Shown: positions 30,904 through 43,879 of the stretch, piece by piece
Layout of the letters: the number at the start of each line of letters is the position of its first letter
Position numbering within the stretch: the stretch's first letter is position 1
DNA from: Klebsormidium nitens
Lineage: Eukaryota > Plantae > Klebsormidiophyceae
DNA length: 64,000 nt
NCBI GenBank assembly: GCA_000708835.1
Contig: DF237163.1
Location: forward strand, 12,673 to 76,672
Direction: 5' to 3'
The notes under the pieces: generated by a model
The model's input: the letters and a program-made list of their open reading frames with translations, nothing else
Database searches by the model: none
Told to the model about the DNA's origin: nothing
Made by a program: the position numbers and the translations under genes

Positions 30904-33900
30904 TCAAGCGACTGTTAAATCGTCATTGTAGTACAAATGAATGACTGCCGAGAAGGTGTCCGCAGGCACGCCAAGCTCGTTGAACACGGCCGACTCGTCC
31001 GCTATTCCGTTTTCCGCCAGCGTCTTCTCCATGTCCAGCGGAACGAACAAACGGTCCGGATTGTCCGGTGTATCCCTCATCGCCTTCCACGTGTAGCTGC
31101 GGGCGTGCGCGTTCCGCTCAAGGTATCGTTCTCGAATCTCGACGATGGTCTCTTCGACCGGAACCTGAAAAGAAAGATGATTCAGTGTTTGCGGGCTGTT
31201 GATTGTAATAACTCGCTTCGGAGACGCTGTGAGTACCTCAACGCGTTGCCATGACAAAATGAAAGCAGACCTGCCGGAGCAAAAGCTTCTGATAAAATCA
31301 ATCGATCGATTTCAGTCGGTCGGAGATTCCAGACACAACGGATTAAGCCAGGTTAATGTTGGAGTGACTCTGGGTTCGGCTGACTGCCCCTTATATGATA
31401 CTCTACTCTTGCTCTTCAATGTTCAACGGAGAGCATTTGCGACTACCTTGAGTTGTTCCCTGTCGAAAGTGCCGTCCAGCTGTGCGTCTCACTCCAGATT
31501 GAAAACTAGAAAATGAACTGCCGCCTTTGAAGCGACTCGTTCATCTACTCGCATCCCTTGCTTGGAACGGTGTGCGAGCGAGCTGGACACGCACGCAATC
31601 TCTTGTTTGCACCTTTCCTTCCAGCACCCAGCGAGTAAGCCAAACGAGAACGGATCGACTACGAGCAACCAGCATAGAAGCAACTAGGTGTGTGCATGCG
31701 CTTACCTTCGGCGTTGCCGCGACAATGGACTACCTCCAAATAGGACGTGAGGCTCTGCAGTTGTCCCTCAAACAGCGTACTATCACGCGCGCTCAATCCC
31801 AACATTGTCCGCAAGGTGGAGGCAGATAAACGGAAACGGAACCGAACCGGAAACTAGAAGCGGAAGGCCGTTACCTCCATCAGGTCCTCTTGTTCCGTCA
31901 TCACGTTCTTGATGCGGACCGTTTGCAACTTTGACGACAGCCGTCCGATCCGGTACCGACGGTCCTTCCACCAGGGTACCGAAAAGTCGCCGTTCCAGGC
32001 GGAGGAGGGCCCTGCCGGGGGCACGTGAATAAAGCGACCCTGCCACACAGAATTTGTCACCGTTTTGGCACTTAACCATGGATGGGTTATGAGCTGGTTA
32101 TCCACCGAAAAGTCGCCGTTCCAAGCGGAAGAGGGTCCTGCTGGGGGCACGTGGATGAAGCGGCCCTGCCAGGGCCCTGCCACAAAGATGTCGTCACCGT
32201 TTGGCCCTTACCAATGGATGGTTATGTGCTGGTTATGGGCTGGTCAAAGGGTGGTTTTGTGGCCATATATGGGCGGTAAACAGCCCCGGAACAAGGTAAA
32301 AGCCGGGTTATTTGTCCAGTAACTTGAGTCTTAGTCCGGTAACCCGCCTGGTTAGGAGCCAGAACTTCCCGCGATGTGCAGATCAGGTACGGAAAGAGCT
32401 CAAAAGGTGGAACAAAGAGTGAGGGACGATTGGCACCCTTGCGTGAAAGATACAGCTGTAGATCAGAGCGACGGAGGCTGCAATCCTGACATGCAAATGC
32501 ATTGGGAATGGGTACGGGCTGGTGAATCCTCCTCTTGTTGCGTATGCATCGGTCCCCGTCTGTAAAGCAAGAAGCGCACAACGCTCGGATGTGACATTCA
32601 TCGCAGCATGATATTGCTATTCGAGGAGCTTACAAACAGCCCATGTAATATTTTTGTCTTATCCTGAGCCTGCTCGTAAGGCGCTGCTTACCTGTGGCAT
32701 ATAGTACATCTCCAGATTGGATTCCGGATCCACGTGCGTCTTGACGTCTCTTGTCTCTGCATCGAACCAGTGGCTGACGTCTGTCCCTGCTGCAACTAGA
32801 AGGGGGGCAGCTAGACTACCCCAGTCTTGCTCGTGAAGCAGCCGTGTGACGTCATAGACTTGGCCCAGAAGGGAAAGCCAGCAACTGTCTGCTGTTGTAT
32901 GCAAAGCCACCTGATAGGAGATGCAAATAGATGTTCGTGACTAATTCATCATGAAACTGACTCGAGAGAACTTGCAAAATTATCGTTTCAGAGACTGTGA
33001 CGTCCTGAGTGTGCTGGGGGGTGACAGCCATCAGCTCTCAGCTCTTGAAGGATACCCCTTACTTAAGACAAGGCAAAGGATAGGGCCACAAGCCTCCATC
33101 AACAAGTTACCAGCAAGAAAAAGTTGTGGGCCGGAGGTAATGATGGAGACCATGTGGCCAGGTAAATCGTCAATTCCGAAAGCAGAGGTGTCAGGCTATC
33201 TGCAGACAGGGAATTAAAAAGATTAACCTTGCCTAGGGATGATGGCCAGCGGGCATCTTTGTTGCCTTCCAAGCAAAGCGCAGCAATTGTAGCTAGCGAT
33301 TGTTCAGGACATTACCCCTTGTGTGCTGCTTCTGGGTAAGAGCCAAGAACGCGCTCTTATTCGAGCGACTTATTACAGAGAAAGTGGTAAAAAAAACAGT
33401 GATGCTCTCTAGACCGCTCCATTATTGCGTCAAGTTTTATCGCTATCAAAGATAAACGTGGTATTGACTTTACAAATTTGCCGCCATACTCTTCCATGTG
33501 CGATCTCAAAAAGCAGGGCATGCTGATTGGATATGCAAGTGATGCAATCAAAGACTCCAACCTTGCAACGGATTTTGCTGAAGCATGTTACCGCTCACAC
33601 AAGTTGACCTACCAAGAACTCATTACCATTTTTGGTTACTCATCCGACAGCTAAAGCAAGGGCCTGTAGCAACCTAAAACCACGAAGGAGAAAATGGCGT
33701 GGCAGCAGATACTGGCTCTGCCAGCTCATTGCAGCTCATTTCTCTTTTCCCTTGCACTCAATTTTTTTAAATGCTGATCCTCTGCTCACCTCTTCAGCTG
33801 TGTAGAAGAGCTTGATCGGTGGCTTTATCGCCTCCCCTGTGCTTGTCGTTTTTCCGTTTACCGGCTGCCACACCCACTTCTCATCTTCCACTGTGCTTGA

Positions 33901-33951
33901 GGCCGTCTCATTTGACGACATTCTTGATGCCTGCGTATCATTGGGTGCCAT
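30904..33951 (-). CDS. CYB5D1: Cytochrome b5 domain-containing protein 1 (axonemal radial-spoke-associated heme protein), 4 coding exons
   Basis: Exons 33951-33790, 32910-32692, 32039-31875 (alternative acceptor at 32165) and 31164-30904. Motifs FYTAEEVALH..CWLSLLGQVYDVTRLL, AAGTDVSHWFD, GRFIHVPP...PWWKD..YRIGRLS, ETIVEIRERYL..NAHARSYTWK, LDMEKTLAENGI, IHLYYNDDLTVA*. Probable 5'UTR intron ~34318-33952. Confidence 0.9.
31975..32168 (-). repeat. 126-bp in-frame tandem duplication spanning the CYB5D1 exon 3 acceptor
   Basis: ggcag|GG(C/T)CGCTT(C/T)AT(C/T)CACGTGCCCCC... begins at 32165 and at 32039; the peptide GRFIHVPPAGPSSAWNGDFSV appears twice in one open frame. Confidence 0.9.
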
Positions 33952-34908
33952 CTGCGGGTGGTATCCTTTTGACAACTTCTCAGCAGCACTAGGAGCGATG
34001 CTTACATTTATTACATTGCCAGCCAGGAAGCTAGTACTAGTAGACACTTCTACACTTCACCGCAAAGCACTGCGAGATTGTGAATCCCAAGCTAAATCAA
34101 GAGTCCAGAGAATCCACTGCTCGTCTTGTGCCCACACTCCAGAGTGACTTTAGATTGCAGTGCAGTCATTATCCATCACTTTCCTTCTTAGATTTTCAAT
34201 CGCCCGCTCAGTCCGAGAAGGCTGTCTATCATGTAGCTATGGTAGCAAAGAATGACCATCACATTCAGTGAGTTCCGATGTGGAGTGAATGCGACTGTGA
34301 AATTAGATTCTACATACCTACTGTAGTACTGTGTGCCTACGCAGCTGAGCCTTAGCGTCCAGTTCTGCGGTTCAAATCACAAACTCAGACTCAGCTCTGA
34401 CTGCGCCTTGTCGCATCCAAAGTGAAAGGCGTCGATGGCTTATTCGATCCGAGCCACATGACACGCGACGGTTCTTTTCCCGACATCGTAGCAGCAGCCG
34501 TCGATTAGCTTGATCGGACGGTTCTGCTGCCTGCTTTTCCGCACTGGGCCTCTTCCACTGCATTCCGACATCACTTTCATTGATTGTGAATTCTGGATTC
34601 CAAGCTGCTCATGTCGTGGATATTTCCTTGCCTTTCGAGAGCTCTTTTCGTTTCAAGGACGTAATGTAGCATCTGCAGCGAAGGGAAGCGCTGGCTCAAA
34701 GGATCCGACAGTCAGCTCACCCGAGCGCGAGCTCTTTCAAAGAGTTTTGTGAGGTTGCACTCCTTGCTGCTTGCATTGTGGTTGCAGATTTGGCCCCACC
34801 TATTGAGCATTTTGCCTTGAGAGACTTTCTGACAATTGAGGGTGGAAAATTTGCTTCCAAGATGTTCCCCTTTCTTGGACTCATGTATAATCTGCTCTCA
34901 GAAAACTA

Positions 34909-37900
34909 ATGAAGAGCGAGGTTCACAGCCGGAGGAGGAGGAGAATTTCCGGCAGCTTCAGGCGTAGCTTGCTGGGGGCACTATGTCTAGGACTCATCGC
35001 ACTGGCCTGCATTTGCTTTACTCTGTTCTTGTTAGCAGCTCCGGATGCAAACAGCAACGAAGCACTTGGAGTAATACAACATCCAGAAGGGTGGAGTGGA
35101 CGGAGAGGCCTTCAAGACATGAGGGCGGAAAGCAGCTCTTCAGCTGAGAGAGGCGCTGACGTGGCCACTGACTTGGAGAGCAAAAGTGCAAGCCTGAGTC
35201 GAACTAAAGTGGGAGAGAAAGGAATGCGGGGGCCTGGTCGAATAAGAAGGGAAGCTGAGAGGCACTTCGGTCTTAAGGGAGTGCAAAGCGGACCTAGGAG
35301 TAGGGGTCGAGTTCTAACCTCAAGTGGCTCAAGCAGGGGCAATGTAGGTGGATTTAGAAGAGGACTGATTGGAGCTCAAATTCAGGGAACTATCCCGCAC
35401 AGACCACATGCACTAGGAGGAGGGGACAAAGATGAATTGAGAAAGGAGGTAAACCCAGCAAGTGGTTCGGTACAGGACGGAACCGAGCAGAATATGTCGC
35501 TGACTCCATCAGGTCCCAGCGTGAGTTTCACATTGCACTTTGCACCATGCTCCAAAAAGAGACAGACTTCTAGTTTCAGCTTGCAGCCTCAGCACCGCCT
35601 GTTGGACTGATTGCCCTCATCCAAGAGGGCAGAAGTACTAATGATGAGACAGTCATTTCCACTCTGCAGGCTACACACCAGTAAATTAACCCACACTTCA
35701 AAAATCAAGGGCATTGAGTCTCTCTTACTTCATATAGCTCAGGAAAGGAAGCTGCCATACATGGCTTTCCTTTGTGTCCATACATTGAAAGGATTGTACG
35801 CTTCTCCTCTCTCCTCAAGACACAGTCTGAGACCTGTACTCTTTGACTTACAGTTACCACCAGATCTATGGAGCACATTCGCTCAATTGGCCAGGCAGCG
35901 TCTCATTCTTGCTGAGCCCCGCCTGCATGAACGCCGGCACATTTCGTGCGGAGGCAGCGGGACTGTGGGCTTCCGAAGTTGGCAAGAGCTTGCACGGAGC
36001 ATACAAGGTGGGATAGACAGACACTGACGTGCCACTTTCGCAGCAAAAAGGTATAAGATATCATGACAGGAGGAAAAAGCACGCTATTTAGACCATGTGG
36101 TGCTCTTGACGGAGACTGTCTTGTACTAAAGGTAAACAATTGTAGAGCGACCTGCGAAAAAGTGATTAGACTCGGAACTTTGAAAAGGCCCCCTGGCCGA
36201 GTTGGGAGGACGATGTCAAACCGTTTGCAGGTGCATCGGAGGCTTGTAAAGAGAAGCGCGTGATTTGTGGCCTCCCTTCTCTATCAAAGAGTAACGCAAT
36301 AGAACTGAGTTCTGAGTGCTTGCAAGGTTCATTCTCCTGGTTAAGAATGCCCCGAACCACTGAATGCTGCAATCAAGAAGGATTGCAGTATTGATTCGCC
36401 GGAACAGAGGGGCTCCACCCTGCTTCTTTCTTGATTGAGTGCCGCTCCATTTCTCCACTCTAGTTCCACAACCACCACGGCTGCTGGTAGAATCTGTCGA
36501 CCGAAATGAAAATCCACAATTCCCCACCACAGAGTTCGACGTTCGATGGCCGTCGGAGGAGCCCGACTTGCGGGCCCTAGTTGCTCGGGCTCAGAACACC
36601 GTGCCAGAACTAGAGCGGCGGCCGAGCTGTGCCGTGGTAGGGAACAGCGGACGGTTGTTGCAGCACGAGCACGGGGCGGAGATCGATAAACGGGACCTCG
36701 TCATCCGATTTAACTGGGGCAAAGTGAGTTTTCCGGGTTCGCTTGTGTTGTTGATTGGAAGGAGCGATTGGTTGGATGATGAGACCGGATGTCAAGCACG
36801 CATTGGAGTCGGCTTTTGATCCTTAGCGGTTAGTGGTTTCAGAGTTTAGTCAACGTACTTGGGTTATGCGGACTTTTGGACTGTGCCCGCGCGCTGTTAA
36901 TTCTGCGCTTTGCATGAGCCCTTTAGTGGATCTGTGGTCTGTGATACCTTGAGAAGGGTGCATAATCTGGACCCGTACATTCAAAAGATTCATGACACGA
37001 CTAAAGGCAAACCGTTGCAGCGTCATCCAGACGAGCTGAAGTCGACACGTCATCTTAGGAGAGTAAAAATCCAAGACTCTGTTCAATACAGGCTTCTCTA
37101 ACGTCAAACCCCTCTTCTCAGGGTGATGCAATCTCAGCACGAAAGAACGTGCGAGAGATCTGTGGACTCAGTTTCGTCCAAATCTGACTGAACATGAGAA
37201 GGCACAGTGAAGACGACCTGACTTCAAAGCTTTGTCGTTCTGCAGACTGACGGGTACGAGAAACACGTGGGGACCAAGTCACACGTCCGCATATACAACG
37301 GACCGTACGTCTCGCAAAAACAGGTGCGTTTCATTGCTCCTTTGATCACTTTAGCTAAGTCTAGTCGTCATCCCTGAAACACTGAATGGGCCGAGCTTGA
37401 AACGCCAGCCATCTCATGGAGCGGGGAAGGAGTACGCCTACTCCAAGTTGTCCTCAAACTTGTTCAAACCGGATATCGCTCGAGGTCAATTTCTGATGAC
37501 GCTTTTAGCAGAGTAGAGCCATTCCCCTCTCGCCAGCCCGCGCTCGACCCTCACCTTTTCCTGGAATGTTACCGCCCCGTACAGCCCAGTCGTTTAAGCT
37601 GAATACTGTTGTTAATGATCTTCGCAGGAGATTCGGCATACGCTCGATCTTGCTTCGCCAGGATCTCAAAAAGTAGGAAGAAAACAAAAACCGTAACCTT
37701 TGCAGCCAGGAGAGATCACTCTCGCCGAGATCCGGGATCCGGCGCTTCGAGAGTGGGTGCGGAAGAGAAATCGGGAGGAAGCGGAGCACGCTTTCGCCTT
37801 CGATCCCGAGTTTTTGTGCCACGTGTGGGACTGGTAAGCAGCACGAGAAGCGCTCTGGTCATCAAGCTAGCATTTGGAAGGGTTCGGTTCCAAATTCACA

Positions 37901-39408
37901 ACAGGGGGAGAGTATATAATCGTTTAGAAGCGCTTGTAGCCGTACATGAGTTGGACCCACCTCTCACTCTGTTCCATATCTCTGTGACTAATCAAAAGGT
38001 AAATTTGTCGTCGTCAATTCCTCTTCATCCTTCAGGGTCAAGAAGAGCTCTAGACCAAAACTATCAGCTCCAAAAAGGCACCGGCGACAATTGTCTTGCT
38101 TTTTATCGCGGAGTCCTTTCTCAACTCAGCGCCACGCAGCTCGAGGACTTTCCAGGCTGCGTTAGTATTTGTGTATTGAAAACGGGTGTCTAAGAAGCAG
38201 TCCCCTCGAGCGACCAAACAGAAGAGTGCTCCTCTCTGACGGTCGCTCAGAAAGGCAGGTGCTCTGTAAATTTTGACGACACTCGGCCCACTCAGAACAG
38301 TGTGATACCGAAGATCCAGGTTGGGCAATGCCCTCTTTCAGCAGCGCACAGGTTCTGGAACAAGCCTAACTTCAACTCTCTGGCCGGCGTCGGCTCTGAT
38401 GTAAAGTGCACGAGAAAGGTGGCCGTCTTCCAAAAGGGTATCAACTAGCGTGCACACATGCTGTGCATAGCTGACGAAGTCCACAACAGTATTCAGCAGT
38501 TCGGATGCTATTACAAAGTCTGCCGCTAAATCCATTGGCTGGACCAAATGGTGTGACGACGTCTTTTGTGCAGGGTCGGTCGCTCGGGGGAGAAACCTTC
38601 GACGGGACTGGTGGGGGTCGTTCTCGCGCTCAACATCTGCGCATCAGTCGACGTCTTCGGATTTCATGTAAGCAGAAAGCTGCAAGCACTGCATTCTGGG
38701 CTTCAGCGACCCTGTGCGTCTGACTAAGTGGCTTATAAGTCGAATATTCGTACATGTTGCCGATGACGAACGACTCGGAGACATCTATTTGATAATCATG
38801 AGAAAACAGGAGTGAGGGCCAGACAGCTGGCGTTGATGACCAAGGTTGCACCGAAACAAATCTCGTTTGTTTCGAGGAGGCGCAGCCTTTTAAGACCAGC
38901 CATCGTATGGTCAGATGCTTTCAGTGAGGTTCGGACTCAGGTTCGGAACCGAAATCGGGCGGAAGCAGCGCTAGATTTACGGAAGCGACACCGTCTCGGT
39001 GGCCATATTAGTTGCTACTCTGCTTGCTGTAATTGCGAACTTTGCTGAGCGGCCTGATGGAAACTTTCACGAGTCTCTTTCCTTGAATACATTGCTAAAG
39101 CACTACGTTTGGCTCACAAGCGGAGTCTGAGAGCGACGTCCGTGTCAGGGACGCCGAAAGGTCAGATCCTGGCTCGCAAGCGTGGCATCCGGGAATTCGA
39201 TTGTCGTGATTCCTCTGGCATTCACATACCGCCAGAGATAATCGTTGCTCCCTCCTTACAGTACGAGGACTACTTCGACCCAAATATCCAGCCGCACTAC
39301 TACGACTGGGAACGACCGAAAGTGGGAAGAGAAAAGGCGCACCCGTTCGAGCGAGAGTACCAGCTTTATCAGCAATTGGAGTCGGCACGCATGCTTCAGA
39401 TGCATTGA
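34909..39408 (+). CDS. Sialyltransferase-like glycosyltransferase family 29 (GT29), type II membrane protein (7 exons)
   Basis: Exons 34909-35520, 35854-36007, 36491-36723, 37246-37323, 37706-37833, 38574-38667, 39262-39408. N-terminal TM LLGALCLGLIALACICFTLFLL; sialylmotif L CAVVGNSG..HGAEIDKRDLVIRFN..YEKHVGTK; motif S PSTGLVGVVLALNICASVDVFGF; motif III HYYD; motif VS HPFERE. Confidence 0.92.
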
Positions 39409-39849
39409 GACTGAGTAGTTATCTCAGGTGGCCAACAGTAATGTCGTTGTAACATAGCTAGATGCATATTTTGGATTAACGAACGTCAAAAAGATCTGGA
39501 GTCGTTTGTTGCGTTCGACACATGCTCGTTTTGGAGCTGGCAGCTCGTGCCACCAGTTCCAATTTCACCGGCAGCGCTCGCCCTTATATGCTGGGCGTTA
39601 TACTCCACGCGGCTCAGCTCGGGTCGTCATGCCTTGAGCTCGAGTTGACAGCACCGTCGCATGCTTTTTTGGTCGGAACGCTTACTGTGACCGTATCTTA
39701 GTGCGTTGGCTCACGACGTCCTTCGCAAGTTTCAGCATCAAAAGTTAGCTGCTTGGGGGCCCGTCCGGTGTGGAGCAGGTTGGGAATTCTAGTGTTACTA
39801 TTTTACTTACAGTAGTGGGATCCCTGAATCAGTCCATCATGGCGGAATG

Positions 39850-40060
39850 GCGGCCGCCGCGGGTGGCCGGGCTGATCATTTGGGATCATCGGATTTGGGC
39901 TCAGCGCTTGCCTTCCGCGGCCGCGCGCGTCCGCCGGCCCGCTGCCGGGTTTCATATATGCTTGTTGGGTTTAGCGAGGGTTTAGCTAGGGTTCTATCTG
40001 CAGCCGCGGCGCGGGCGGACAGGCCTGCCATGCCCTGGGCCTGGACCTTATAAAAGTTTG
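39850..40060 (+). promoter_or_regulatory. Likely LPP promoter: CpG-rich island, telobox-like GGGTTTAG/TAGGGTT motifs, TGGGC[C/T] site-II-like motifs and TATA box
   Basis: GC-rich 39850-40030; gggtttagcgagggtttagctagggtt at ~39967-39993; TATAAAAG at 40049-40056; gene ATG at 40274. Confidence 0.5.
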
Positions 40061-40273
40061 TTATGTTGAGCTGCTCAATCATCAATGTCCATGAGCAGCT
40101 AGCAATAGGACTTAGGCGCAGGCAAAAGTGGGAAACACTCTGAGAATGGGAAGGCATTTGCAGGAGCAATTTCTCTCGCGGCGCCTGTGAAAAGCGGGCT
40201 GGCAGGCGTTACGGGCTTGCCTTTCGTCGGGCCTAGCCTCCGGCTGCGCCCATCGCCGCAGGGCCCCGAAAGA

Positions 40274-43200
40274 ATGGACGAGCCCCCTGCATTTCGCGGG
40301 GAACCAGCTCATGGCGCCAGCGAGTCCTCGAGTTGGGGGCAGATCCTCAAGAAGCACATGTACGACTGGCTTGCACTGATCCTGCTTGCGGTTGGACTGG
40401 TGTTTTTGGACACCTTTGGACGGCCTTTCCACAGATATGTCCTCCCAGAAGAACTGCGGCAGCTGCGATACCCCCTGCTAGCGAATTCTGTTCCAGCGTG
40501 GGCAATCCCTGCCTATACCCTCCTGCTTCCGCTTGTTGTGTTCGGGGCGTTCTTCGCAGTGAAGAAGGACAAGCGTGATTTCCACAATGCGTTTATGGGG
40601 CTGATGGCGTGTCTGATACTGACGTCGGTAGCGACTGATTCGGTAAAACTAGCGGCGGGGAGGCTGCGGCCCGACTTCTCCTCGCGCTGTTTTCCCAATG
40701 GACAGGAGGTGAGCGCTCAATATGCACCGTTGCTGGGAGCTGTTGGGATGTACAAGGCAAATGAGATATGGAAGAAGTGGTGGGTTAAAAGGTGATCGGG
40801 CATGATTATGGTGCTTTGTATCAAAGAGCTCTGGTGATTTGAAAGTTCTTCTTGAAAATAAGCGCACAGATTTGCAGTTGGGTCAAGCTGGCAAGCTTAG
40901 ACTGTCATAGGGTGCAGATGTCTAGAGTGAAGTCCGTTCATCAGTGGTTGAAGAGCCGGTAGGAACCGAAAAGTGCGCCCGTTCAGGAAAGCTTTTTGAC
41001 CTAACAAGCTTTTCTGCGGAATATCAGACAGATGGCCTGATCGGGCAAAGGGCCCGAAGTGGGGATAGTCAAGTCCTTAGAAAGCTTTCTCTTTGCTTTG
41101 CCCGACCGTTCGGCAGACTTTCTATGAAGTGGTGATTGTTGCTTTTGTCGGGTCTAAGCTGGGCTTAGTTTGTAGTAATGCTCTACTGATAGTGGCACCA
41201 CCAGGAAAAAATGGGCAGTTCCTCTAACCTCTGCTATGACCACTGTTCTGTCACTGTTCTAAGCACTGCTCTACCCACCAGACCTCAGCAGACCACTGCG
41301 CTCACCACCTTGAACATCATCAACAGCGCGGAAACCTGGCAACAAAACTGCAGCTCCAGCTCATGCTCATCTTTTGCATGCAGTCCTTCTCAGTTCCGGG
41401 CGAACCGGCGTGCACGGGGCTTGCAAGCGATGTGATCGAAGGGCGCAAGAGCTTTCCTAGCGGACATTCTTCATGTAAGCCTGTCAGCTGCAACTGCTGT
41501 CGCTTTTCTCCTCAGTGGACTCAGTATCTCAGTCCATACACTGATGATGGACCCCCACTTTGACGCACCAGAACTATTGTATTGTTTTCTAATGTTTCCT
41601 GGTACTTCTGGCGCCTGCACTTATGAATGCATCTTGCGCCCTTGCTGCTTCTCTTCTTAGCCATTTAGAACTCCGTTATGTCAATGCGCCTAATTTGTTG
41701 ACCTCTTCATCCGGTAAATCACAGCATTTCCATAATGATACGGTTACTAATGTGAGGATTTTAGTAGACTTTAACTGTAAGCCTGCGCTCATCAAAGAAA
41801 GGGCGCTGCGTTGTCGGACATGTGTTAACGTCTTGACACCCGTACAAGAGAAGCATAGCTACAGATCAATTGCACGGACAATAATCTCAATATTCTCCAG
41901 ATTCGATATCCCTTTCTTTGTTGGCCTGCCGCTTGGTTTTCTCGACAACATCCTCTCCCGACGAATGTTCTTATAAGCACTCTTCCAACTGGTCTAAAAT
42001 CCAATATTCTGAAAGCAAGCATTCAAACGTCTCTACAGTGTCGTTTGCCGGCCTGGGCTACCTGGCACTTTACCTTGGGGGCAAAAGCGGGACCTTCCGG
42101 GGACGGTTCCAGCTTCCCACCTATGTGCCGTTCTTCCTTCCCCTGATCGGGGCTACTGTGGTTGCGGTCAGCCGAGTGAGGGACTACTGGCACCATTGGC
42201 AGGACGTTACTGTGGGGTCGCTTCTAGGTGAGCCTGTTTGAAGTGACGTCGATGTGCGGTCGTCATCAGAATGGAGTTACTTGCGCCAGATGTGCGCAGC
42301 TGATTGGACTTCACGGTTTTCTAAATGGTCAAATCTCATTCGGTCTATCTGCAAAGAAGCAGGAGCTCATGGGAGCTCCTTTGAAGCTGTTGAGTGTGAG
42401 GATATTGACAACACAGGCAGGACGTCATTGTAGATTCGCGTCTAGGTGAACCTCGTGGAAATAACGCCAGCAAATATTGGTTTACTAGGCGACTTCTCAT
42501 TCTCACGCGCAAGTTTCCTTTCGTGGGGATGACGTGTTGGTCAGCTGAGAAATAAGAGGGCGTTGCTGCATTCAATGGCAAGCGAAGTTCGTTCTCTCGT
42601 TGGGTTCCCTGAAAGGTCTGAGTAGCGGTTTCTGTGTCCGCCTCTCCGTCTGGAGCACGGATATTCAGAAGAAGACAGGAAGCAGGAGTGAGTGCCTATC
42701 CAGATGGAGTCGTCTGTTCGGACAAGGACGGATCTTTAACGTCGTTAGGAAGTCCTTGACCTAACGCCTTCTTCCAACGTCAAGTTGATTCCGCACTTCG
42801 CATTCTTTACCTCAAAGCCCAGATCGGAGCAGAGCAACCTGCCGAAGAAAGGCATTGTAAAATGACTTGGTTCCGAGGCTAAAGCTTAATTTGTCTAATG
42901 CAGGGTTTGGGCTCGCATGTTTCTGCTACCTGCAACTGTACCCGCCTCTGACTAGCGCTGCAGGTAAAACCCTCCGACTTCAGTACTCTTTTCTTTCTCG
43001 AAGGAGCGTTCAAAGGCAATGTCGAGCGACTGCTTGGATACGGGCGCTCCACTTGTAAAGCCGTTAAAACCTAGATATTATCCAAGGGATGCTTGGGAGC
43101 CGTCCCAAGAAGGATTTGCTTGTGCTACCAAATGAAAAGCCCGGAAAGAGGGAATGCAAGAGGCTCCCTGCTCTCCAACGTTTATGATTAAGAATTGATG

Positions 43201-43448
43201 TACCGGCGTTCGCCGGGCAGCAGTCTCAAAGTGGCATGCAGTTGGAAATCTAGTTACAGGTCATGATTTTCTAAGGCGTCAAGAGTAGCTTGATGCGATC
43301 AAAGGTAGATGGTTGTCTGACTGACTCTGACTGCGTTCTTTGTCCAAATGCAGCCGCTCGTCCGTTCGTAGGGCAGTCCCTCTCGAGATCCGATCACCAT
43401 ATGATCAGGCCAAGCGGGGATATTGAGATAGGAGATTCGGCAGGGTAA
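40274..43448 (+). CDS. LPP: Lipid phosphate phosphatase (PAP2 family), 5 exons
   Basis: Exons 40274-40708, 41384-41474, 42039-42227, 42904-42963, 43354-43448. Catalytic motifs C1 KLAAGRLRP, C2 SFPSGH and C3 SRVRDYWHHWQD; multiple TM helices; N-terminal HMYDWLALILL as in plant LPPs. Confidence 0.95.
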
Positions 43449-43879
43449 AGGTTTAGACAGTGTCTCTTGTTTCACAAGCTTGGCCGGGCCTCCCTAAGGG
43501 GTGATCGGACTTTGGTCCATAGAAGTTGAGATCAGAGTCGCACCTGAACCCCTCCGCGCTTGCCAGCAATGTTCATATGTTTACCAGTTGGAAGCATGTG
43601 TCATGTATCGTCAGCGTCCAAAGGGGGGCTTTCCTCCCCACGCAACTGATCATTTTCTAACTTATTGAAAGCGTCTGAGCTACCGAATTTGGCTGCGCTG
43701 TACCGTGAGGTTGGATCAGGCAATGAAGAAAATTTGGCTGCACGCAACAAGAGCTGGCGCCCCCGTTGGGGTCCTAGTTGGCAACTTAGCCGGGGCCGCA
43801 GCTTGCCACCAGCGCATGCGGGGACACTCAGGTGCGAGGTCGCTGCGCAGCAGACCAGGGACACTGTGTTGCAATCGAA

